The notes under the pieces: generated by a model
What the model saw: only the letters and a program-made list of their open reading frames with translations
What the model was told of the DNA's origin: nothing
Database searches by the model: none
Assembly: GCA_030704615.1 (NCBI GenBank)
Contig: CM060732.1
Location: forward strand, 32,550,001 to 32,614,000
DNA: 64,000 bases
Reading direction: 5' to 3'
From: Takakia lepidozioides
Lineage: Eukaryota > Plantae > Bryophyta
Shown here: positions 54,268-64,000 of the stretch, one piece after another
Layout of the letters: each line of letters begins with the position of its first letter
How positions within the stretch are numbered: the first letter of the stretch is position 1
Position numbers and translations under genes: made by a program

Positions 54268-55570
54268 CTAGTGTTGTCTATGTCGTACCAGATTGCGAGA
54301 TGCAATATTGTCACCCAAGCTAGTTCTCCACTGTTCAATTGTAGCATAGCCCATGCTAGCTAATTGTTCACGGGAAGGGGTAACTCCGGTATGAGAATGG
54401 GCGGGACGAGAATGTCGATAAACACGAGTAATAGGCTGCACTACAGGAGTAGGAACTGGAGTCAAAGAAGGTTGAACATGAACCTGCGATGATGGATCAT
54501 CTCTAGTATCCTCTGACACAACCGAGTCATTGATGACCGAGTCAATCACAACATTGACATTCACCATCTCCTCATGGGTAACCTCATCGTCATGAGTATC
54601 CATGTCATCCTCGTCGTCGTTAAGTTCATCCTCTGCAATATCCGCCAAGGTCTCTATGTCATGGTCTAGGCTCAAATGAGGAGCTGGATCACTATCAGTG
54701 GAAGTGACAAGAATGGAACTGCAAGGAAGCGGATGATGGGGACTCTCAGGAAGAGGGTCGGTCTCCTGAGGAGAAGAACCAAGAACTTTCACAAGAGGGG
54801 AACTCTGATCAACATAATGAAAATGGATGTTTTCCTCAGAATTTGGACCAAGAAGAGGAGGGGGATTCCTGGTAGCAAGAGGGTCAATACTCATGGCTTG
54901 CCCATCTGGATCTCCATCACCATGATCCAGGTGATCATTATCTGACAAAGAAAAGATACTGTCACTCCCATCGGAAACTGACAAACCTTTCCTACGCCTG
55001 TACGCTTTTACTGCCTTCTCTCAGTTAGTCTCCATTTGGTCATAGCCTTGGAAACATAAGATTCCACAAACTCATCTTTGTCTTGTTCCCACCTGCAATA
55101 ATATTTCAATACATTATGCATTGAACTTCAAATCAATGGGTACATACATAGATAATATATAAGTTACATCTTGTTGATACACATAAATATAAACATCATT
55201 CAAATATGGAAATCCGGCGGTGGTCCCAAGTCCCTGGTCTCTTTATCATACAGTTTCTTGGCAACAATGGTATGGATACGACGTGTCTTTGCTTCTACTT
55301 GTCGGAGACGTCTAACAGGATCTGCCATTGCACGGATGTTGTTTCTCCGACTCTTCTCAGGTTCTAGAGGTGTGTCAAATCTCACTCTAGGCCTCCCAGA
55401 TTTGCCAACAGGCAAGTGCAACCCATGACCCTCACGAGCAAGATGATAATTGAAACTATCTTTCTTGCTGTAGCCTGTTTTAGGCCCTTTGGCACAAATC
55501 AAACAATGGTACTTCCCTGTCTCATTGTCTTGCTCATAGTGGACACCTTTCTGAGCGATTTGCATGGCCA
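54268..55570 (-). CDS. MULE accessory gene: C2H2/BED-like zinc finger, GRPR basic segment and acidic Ser/Asp/Pro-rich tail
   Basis: YHCLICAKGPKTGYSKKDSFNYHLAREGH...GRPR...RRNNIR, a probable intron (~55093-55200), then a 238-aa acidic ORF. Convergent with the transposase. Exon structure and intactness are uncertain. Confidence 0.6.
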
Positions 55571-56569
55571 TCACTACACATTCCACAAAGCACAATTTTC
55601 TTCAATGAAATTGGTTTCATTTGGTTTCATTTGGGTTTCACTATAGTTTAGGAAATGCATAAAAACATCATGAACACAACCTTCCCGAAGAAAATCCTTA
55701 TAAGTGGATGAAATGAGAGTGCTTAAGAAAAAAAAAAAAAGTAAGAAAGAGATGATCTTAAACTACATTAACTACATGAAACTACATATAGGGTTCAAAA
55801 AATGAACCAAAACCACATGGATATAAGCATTTTGAATATTTAGTTTTTGGAATGGATTATGAAGTCCATAGAAGCTTAGACCTAAGTTTTGTTAATGCGC
55901 AATGAATTCTACTATTCAGCAGCCACATGAAGAACAAACTAATGAAGTGAAGTGAAATGACATAAGACATACATGAAAATGTTGGTAAGTTGATAATTTT
56001 TGTAGTGATTTTGCTCCAGCTTCTGTCCTCCTTAGCTTTGCCTTCATGTAGCACTAACACACAGCTCCCGTCTCCTCGAATCGCACCTTCGGTTTATGAA
56101 ATCTAAACCCTAATCCTCTCTTCTCTCTCACCCTAAACCCTCTCTTCTTCTCTTTGAGCATGAAAGCAGCAACCTCCCGGTGAGTAGCTCGTCGAGCTAC
56201 TCACTGGGTAGGGGAGTAGGGTGGGGGCGGCTAGGGCTGGGACTGGCACGGTCCCCGAGCCTGGGCGGATAGGTTTGGGGGGGGGGGGGTGTTGGCGGGC
56301 CCGTTGGTGCCATGGCTTGGGAGTTTTGCCAATTTGGCCCCAAACTTTTGCCATTTTGGCTTGTGGAGGGTGGCGCGGGCCCACACGTGCCCCAGGAGCA
56401 TGTGGGGCCTCGGGAGGGGGGCAGGTGGGGGGACAAGGCTGCTAGCGTCATTACGACGTGGCTATCGAAAATTCGCAGGCCAACTATTGCATCTTGTATA
56501 CCGAGTCTTTATCACAACATTACAAAGGTTTGTACTTATTATAGACCATAAGCAACTTATGTAGCTTAA

Positions 56570-56899
56570 GAGCATCCCCACCGGTGTCCTTATATGCCAC
56601 GGCAGGGTACTTGAGCCCCCGCCCCTGCTTCCGCACCCCCGGGCCCGTACTTTGGTGCACAATACGGGCCCTCGTCAATCCGGCCGGTACCTGGTGAAGC
56701 AACTAAAAAGCACGCCGGCGTGCATTTATGGCGTGCTAGTAAGGCAGTGTCTGCCAGGTGGTCCCTCTGCAGCAAGGCACGTCATCAAAAATTACATGTG
56801 CAGGGCAGTTTGATGGAGTTGCCGCTGGGGAGGGGAGTGTTGGAGGCCGCGGGACGTTATCGTGCAGTGGTGTTTAGTGTACCCCCGGTGGAGATCCTC
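56570..56899. mobile_element. Tourist-type (PIF/Harbinger) MITE
   Basis: TIRs GAGCATCCCCACCGG and CCGGTGGAGATCCTC; TAA target duplication on both sides (56567-56569 and 56900-56902). Confidence 0.88.
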
Positions 56900-59293
56900 T
56901 AAGAACTTATGCAACTTATTTTACTTCTTAGATGTGGACTTGCCATTTTATGTATCAAATCAGCCACCTTTAAGCAAGGACCATATGAAGTATAAGTAAA
57001 TAATGAATACAACATATGATGATTCAGAGAAGTATGGTAGCGTCATGTCTATCTATAGGATGTCAAATAAGTAGAGAGACCGGAGAGAAACAAGCAATAT
57101 CGAAAGATATCGGTCCACACGCTCTCCAACCTTTTACAATCATACCTAGATGAATCGGTCAACTTGATCAAGTTACAAATAAAATAATGTTAATTGTTAT
57201 CACCTCAAAATAACTATCACCTTATTGATATTCATCGACTTTGTGCAATTAATAGATGTATCTGACTCACGATGGACCCAGTTCAATATAAACTTCATAA
57301 TTGGATTGCCCAATTATGTGATATTGCCCAACAGTTCCAAGAAAAAGAAAAAATTAGCGGGCAAACTTTTGTCCAACTTGTGAGGCTACGGTACAAGATA
57401 ACAAATGGAGAATTTTGTAGAGTTCTTGAAAAAGTTGAAATTGTAGTGATGTAGTCAAATGCTTTCAATCGGTTGCAGAGCATACCCCTTCCATCATGAA
57501 ATCTCTAGTGGGTTGGGAAAGAGAGAAGCATTTGGAGAGGAAGTAATTGTGTGTTTCTTTTGTCAAATACCTATCTAATGAATTAGAAAATAGAGCTGGA
57601 TTCTTAGAGCCATATATTAGACTTGATGTCTAGTTTATTCAACTACTTTGTATGTGTATTCTTTGTCTTCATCTTCTTTTCTTCTATCCCAACTTTGTCA
57701 CTTTTGTTTTACGATTCCAGATTAACAATGATCTGGAGGCGTTTCGACAACTTCAATCCGACACATTTTCTTGCAGCTAATGTTTGTTCAAGTGCTTTCT
57801 GTAATAGCAATTGTTTATCAATTATGTCTTCGCTGAAATTGTGATGTGTATTGCCTTCATGCTATGTAAAGAATCATTGTTCTTGAAGTAAAGGATCTAA
57901 GATGTCTTGTATATGTACCATTCTAGGTTTCTCATCGAGCCTTATAATGTATTCTGAAGCCAAACTTTCTCTGATTGGCTTGTAAATCTACCAAATCCCC
58001 TTAAACAATTTTCGAGGAACAATAGGCAAGGTGACCATTTAGTTTCTAAACATCTTTTGAAAAATCGAACATGAAGTGATGCGAGAAAAGGGAAAAGACC
58101 CGTCATAGAGGGGAAGTCTAAGAGCTTTCCTATTCGAAACAAACATCTCATGAGTACATACAATCTAATTAGGTAGTTCTTGTCTTCAATCAGCTTTACA
58201 TTCTTTGACAATGTGTTGTGCCTTGAGTCACTCTTCCGCCTACCGTATAAGTATTCGGTTCCAAGAGAGTAACTCTCTTGTTTGCCTTCTCCCAAATGAA
58301 TCCACTGTCAATTACTCACAAAATGAGGAGAATATTTTGAGAATTGGAGAAGAATGTAGGCCCGTGTCATGCTCCGGCTCCCCCTTCCGATTGATACCCA
58401 CCTACACCAACCACCAGCCCTTTTTATTTCATTTCTGCCTAGGCATGGACGTGGCGAATTTTTTTTGGGGTTAAGTGCAGAGGTGGTGACTTGTACAATG
58501 TCCACCTGGATCCTACCTGGCTACAAGTATGCAATATGGCGATCGGACGGTGCAATATGGCATGGCTACGATATATAGCACAATATGGCTACATATGTAT
58601 GTGCAATATGGCTACTGCCTGGCGATCGGACGGTGGCGATACAGGTGGCGAATCATGCTGATTCTTGGTCTGATGGGGCGTCAGCCCTGGGATTTAGGGT
58701 CCAGTTCCCAGGCGAAATGTGTGGGTTCCCTGGTGCTTTCTGGCACGAGCTGCCCAAGGGAACCGCCACTATATGGCGAATTTTTTTATTTTGGCCTTTT
58801 TTTCTTGGCATAGGGGTGTGGGGGCCAATTTGTTCTGTAGCTTTCTGGCTTTATTTTGCCTAAAAAGGTAGGGTTGGCAAGCACATGGCGAGCCTTCTCA
58901 GTAACAACCACGCAAAGCTTGCAAGAGGAAACAAGCAGTATTCTCACAGTCCTCGCCTCAGAGCGACATGAGCATTTCATCACGAGGCCGATGCAGCCCA
59001 CAAAATCATCGCTTTACATTTTAACAACACCTCAGGATGCCTGCAATGTTGGAAAATTATAGCCAAATATTTATCCCATATCGATTGCAGAGATCTTGAT
59101 GGATGAGTCCCATATAACCCTTGCCTTCTAAATTGTCTCTCAAGCCGTGTGCTCAGCGCAGAGCGAACTATTCTTTTGCCTTTTACTAAAGAATACCGTG
59201 CGCAGGGTGCAAATAGTGGCATGCCTCAATTTTTATGCTGGCTCCTTCACCGGGACCCTCCAATGAAACCTAAACACGACAGGAGGTCCACAC

Positions 59294-59655
59294 CAGTGTT
59301 GGGCGGTTATTTGATTTTTTTCATAACCGGCGGTTCCGGTTGTTTCAAATTTTAGGAAACTATTAACCGCGGTTGCGGTTATTAAATTTTTTATGGCTAA
59401 ATATAACCTCAGTGGTTACGGTTACTTGCAAAAACCTCAAATAACCGGCGGTTTTCATCAAATAACCGCGGGTATTGGGCTGTTCTTTAAGAGGTTTTTT
59501 GCTCGGTTATTTGAATGCGTGACCTCCGCCGGTTCCTAACTGGACCGGTTACTTCATTTTTTCACCTACGCCGGTCATATATATATATATATATATATAA
59601 CCATATAGGTAACCGCCGGGTATTAGAGAGAAATTCAAATAACCGCCCAACATTG
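59294..59655. mobile_element. hAT-type MITE
   Basis: TIRs CAGTGTTGGGCGGTTATTTGA and TCAAATAACCGCCCAACATTG; perfect 8-bp TSD GTCCACAC; internal TAACCG/CGGTTA motifs. Confidence 0.93.
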
Positions 59656-61413
59656 GTCCACACAAGCTGTTCTCCAATGCCCTTCCGATGAGGATCACCA
59701 AAGACGAATCAAATGTTGACAATACCAGTACCATACTTATATGCAGCCCTAAATACAACTACCTAACTCATACCAGATTCAAAACCCAAGTTGCTCGTAC
59801 CTGTCTAGACACCTATACCAGCCTGGTATGAAACAGGGCTGGGACCCTTCATACCAGGACTAGTCTGGTATTAAAAATGGACATACCAGTCCAACACTGG
59901 TTAACATTACATAGGGACAAATATCAATGAAAATCAACAGTGCATATATGGTGGTATAGAAGCCTACTGGAATGATCACAAACCTTACTCTTGGCCTTCA
60001 AACTAATGTCTCAAAATATTGCCACATCTCACCTATTTTAAATGCTTGATAATATTTTTATATCAATATGAGGAGGAGCCATTATGCGACTAGTCGCTTG
60101 TTTTCCCCCTCAAAGCCCAATTGCTGGGGCTGTGTTTCAAGTCTTCCAAACAAAACAAAACAAAACATGACAAAATTAATCGAGGTCTTTTCTGAAGCTC
60201 GACTCATATATTTAGGGGTTGTTATTGTAAGAAAGATAGACTATAAGTTAGAAGTTGTAAGTTTCCCCGCATGGAGGGGAAAAGTAAAAAGTCTCATGCC
60301 ACTGTTAGCACAACTATTTGTCTCTCAGCGTGTCATCCCATGAACTCAATTTTGTCGGAGAGGAGTCCATCTTAGTCACGAAGCTCAGAATTGTAAACAA
60401 CAAGAATGTATAAATCTGCGTATCGCATATATAAATATGCGATCGCTCTGGCCGCATATCTGCACCCCCATATGCAATCTTGACCGTTGAAAACCATCAG
60501 ATTTGTGTTCTCAGCAATACTCATTTGCAGAGCCCATCATATCGAGTTAGCTATTTATTAACCCCTAACTACATTCGCGTCATTTTTCATCCAGGTCGTA
60601 ACTGAGCCGGATGAACTCTGATGAAAGTGTGCCCGGTGTCCTCTACATGCTCCAGCAAACGCTGCGGAAAACAATCAATTCCCTGCATGTTGGAATTTTT
60701 GACGTGTGAGGGGGTCCAGGAATGTTTTGACTACCCACGTGGCATGACGGAAATCCACTTCGGGCTGGAGAAGGCACCGGTCTGGCACCAGAATGCCTTG
60801 TTTGCCGATGGCCGGAAAATCCAAAAATATTCACATCCACCCGCGAAATTTCCTCCGAATCAATTTTTTTTGGGGCAGTGACCTTTGCCAAACAGTGGTG
60901 CATGCAACTACTCTTCTGGCTTTTCTCATCCCAACTATTTATCATATCTCTATTTCCCTTGAAGGCCTGGCTCAGTGGGATAGTGGCATTTAGTCTCTCG
61001 ACCCTTCAGACCACATGAATCTGCAGTCGGATTTAGGAGCTTTAGGCTGAGTACAGCAACTTCGGATGAATTTTACCCCCATAATTCGCATTCAAAGCAA
61101 CACCCCCCTATTTTTGGTGGATCAGTCTGATATTTGCAGGGAGCACCTGGTATATGCCCCAAATCTAGAATGTGGAGGCCAATTTTTTCTACAAAATTCT
61201 AAAACAAAAATAAAATAAAATCTACATAATGCCAAAAAGCAGTGGTCAAAGGTGAATTTGTCATGGGATAATTGATCTATTGGCTCTCTTGTAGAGAGAG
61301 ACTTTGCGGAGACATGCAAGTCAATGGAGAAAATGTGGTCAAAGGACCTTACACCGTGTCAAGGCGTTGATTGGTAGGTTGTGCTAAGTCATGCTCCCTA
61401 GTCTTACCTTCCC

Positions 61414-62430
61414 TTATGTTGTGCCAAAGCAAAGCAAGAGAGCCAATTGCCGTTTGAGGCTTGTTTTCAATTTGGGGCATTTTCTTTTGCTATAATATCC
61501 CATTTGCAATGGTGAAATCTCCTGAATTTTGTCACACTGTCCATGGTGAGTGTCACTAAATCTGTGAACAAGCGGAATAAAGGGGATCTGGGTAGCTATG
61601 ACTTGATCCATTGGCGTAAGAGTGGTCCTTTTTGAACCGGCAGAGTTAGATTGCACGGGTAAAGCGGCAAAATTATCAGCAACTTCCGTATAGAAGAGGT
61701 CTCGAAGTCGTGAAGAACCGGTGGAGCACTCGTAGAAAATTCGAGCAATGTCGACCATCTCCAATTCTTGCGGCTGCACCATTGCCTTCCAGATAGAACC
61801 AGCTCTACAGAAATCCATTCCACTATTTTTGTAGGGTGCCACCCATGCAGCTGTAGGGTAAAACTGACCGGATTTTAGCATGCTTAGTAACACAGACAGC
61901 AAATTATTGGCTCCACATTTGTGCGCGCTCCAATACATTTTGGTGTGTGAGGCATACACGGTTCTTCGTCGAGGACGCACCGTATCTGATATACAAATCT
62001 AGACCTTCCTACATCTGGTCGGCACTTACATTTATGTGCACAAATGTGAAACGTGGTTTATCGGCATTTTTCAGACAATAACCAACCATGCCCATAAAAG
62101 TATGAAGTCCTTTACCACGAAGTGCTTTACAGTGGACAAGATGTCCAGGTGGTGCAAGCCTCTCGGGTATCCCACCCAAGAGACTTTTTGATAAGCTTGT
62201 TCAACATAATTAAACTTGATACATACAACCTACAGACCATTTGCAAATGCAAATGGAACAAACTGTCACCTCTTTCAAGCGCACATAAGCCAGAAATGCA
62301 ACGGGTAGCAATAAACTCTTCCATTTTCTGTAAGGATGTGACGTCGATATCTGCTCCACCCACGCCAATAGTAACACTTGCCTCTATGAACTTCTCTGCG
62401 CCACCTTGTCTTTCCCTCTTGTAGCCACTT
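61414..62430 (-). mobile_element. Replitron HUH endonuclease pseudogene
   Basis: ASVTIGVGGADID...GLCALERGDSLFHLHLQMV...KSLGWD, a frameshift, GHLVHCKALRGKGLHTFMGMVGYCLKN, then LKSGQFYPTAAWV...SIWKAMVQP. No helicase is attached. Confidence 0.82.
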
Positions 62431-62599
62431 TGATCCTACCTGCCATACCTGGCCCGACCCCCAACATAGCAAACAACTACTCACGCTGGCTCTGGCTCTC
62501 AAACCACTAGTGAGACATGCTACTAGTGCCTGTGCCAGCATGTTGAAGACACAAGTTACAAGCAACTAGTCAGTTGCTTCTCACCGGACCGACATATTA

Positions 62600-62702
62600 G
62601 TAGAAGTATCTAGAAACGAGAACTATGTAGAAAGTCAACTAGAACTAGAACTATCTAGAAAGTAGCTAGAACTAGAACTATCTAGAACGCCCACCTAGAA
62701 AG
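62600..62702 (+). repeat. CTAGAA-based tandem repeat upstream of the Replitron ORF
   Basis: CTAGAACTAGAACTATCTAGAA occurs twice, plus degenerate copies. Confidence 0.75.
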
Positions 62703-64000
62703 TCAATCCTTAATTTTTGGACCCTTCATTTCATTAAATAATACAAGTGGCCTTAATACATTGGCCCCTCTTTTAACTCATGGACCATGCTAGAATTAAC
62801 CGGGTCAAATGAAACTGCTCTACATATTGTCCGGTTCATCCCTGTGGATGTATGGGGGAAGGAAGATACAACAAGGCAATGCATGGTATAAGTATACACT
62901 TTTTGTCCAGAAGTACTGGCCTGTAGGGTTTACTAAGTATCTGACATGCACTCCCTTTTCTTTTAAGATAAAATAGAATAAAAAGTCCATGAAATTAATT
63001 CCTTGAATATCCCCAAAACAGTATACCCATAAACTGCTTTTGGAAAAATTCTCATTTTGTAACCGAGGGCTGATGCTGATTTTTCCTAAGTTGGATCCTA
63101 GAGGCCTTTTATTTCATAGAATGTCCCTCCCCTATGAGAAGTCCTCAGTCTACGCTTCGGAACGGGCCACGCTGAGGCCATTCTGGTGCGGAATTCACAT
63201 GTAGAACAGGGCTCACCGTAATTGTAAAGGTGGCTTCCCCACCAGAATGGCCCAAAAATGTATTGCATGTGGGCACTGAACTTTGTAAGACAGATATTTG
63301 AAACTTTAGTATCTGAAAGGTAACGTTTAAAGTACCTTCATAAAGGTAATCTCTTGAGACACCTATATCCATGGTTGCTCAAAATGAAGAAAACAGAAAT
63401 ACAAAGGCGGCCCACTCTGCACTGTGCAGACATGGAAGGCATGGGCGGCTGGCCAACTCCACATGTTGCTGTCTAGAGCCGCCATGAAAACTTCAGAGGA
63501 AGCACAAACAGGAGCTGTCGATTTTGCGAGTGATCCGAGCCGGGAAGTGGATCACCTATTACCGACTGTTGTTGCACTGTGATCTGTCACTAAGTCAATC
63601 GATGCCTTCCTTTCGATTTCTAGAAACAAACTCCAAATTTTCCAGGATCGTGGGACAGAGATCGTAGTAATAAATGCATTGCTTTCGATTCTTGTGCAAA
63701 CATGCCGATTCAGAACTTCCATGATCGTGATCATCTTACCATGTAAGTGCGTCATCGATCCTATGCAGATGAGGCGATGGTGAGAATCCGGGCAACTATC
63801 GAAGTTGCACACTGGTGACTGAACGAACCCTCCAGTAAAGAAATCTTTGGTGACCACCATCACTACAGTAGTGTCTGGGGTTGACGAACTGTGACGGTGT
63901 TGACAGTCGGCCCCACCCACGCGAGGTTCGTTGGCGGATAGTTGGTGCTAACTGCTAACACACATTCCATATCTCGTAACTAAGAAAATCGCTGGCCGAA

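Larger units (their letters stand above)
48790..56480 (+). mobile_element. Mutator-like element (MULE) with both ends intact, ~290-bp TIRs and two convergent genes
   Basis: Perfect 9-bp TSD CAACTATTG (48781-48789 and 56481-56489). TIRs begin GCC(C/T)GCGAATTTTCGATAGCCACGTCGTAATGACG. A MULE transposase lies inside. Confidence 0.96.

Noticed and set aside
63145-63920. Possible cadherin/Ig-like motif (ATFTITVSPVLHVNSAP) and adjacent ORF
   Set aside because: Too short, with no supporting gene structure inside the window.

Overview
This is transposon-rich nuclear DNA from a non-seed land plant (bryophyte, lycophyte or fern grade). The taxon is inferred from a long PLS-DYW PPR gene, a Replitron and a plant KASH gene; the species cannot be determined. 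The headline feature is a decayed Ty3/Gypsy retrotransposon (~4260-13590) with a C5 cytosine DNA methyltransferase domain in frame between protease and reverse transcriptase. Its integrase ends in a PHD finger, and its gag-pol core has been inverted between 7-bp inverted microhomologies. The second is a Mutator-like element with both ends intact (48790-56480, 9-bp TSD). It carries a convergent second zinc-finger gene and two arrays of a short ACAACCTTC motif, resembling the VANDAL/VANC anti-silencing layout. Host-derived sequence: one intact PPR-DYW coding exon, a disrupted SINE1-like ARM/KASH gene, MCM3 pseudo-exons and a receptor-kinase exon. Other mobile DNA: L1-type LINE pieces, a Replitron HUH pseudogene, RPA-like relics, hAT and Tourist MITEs, and several tandem arrays. 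All calls come from manual translation and motif recognition; no searches were run.
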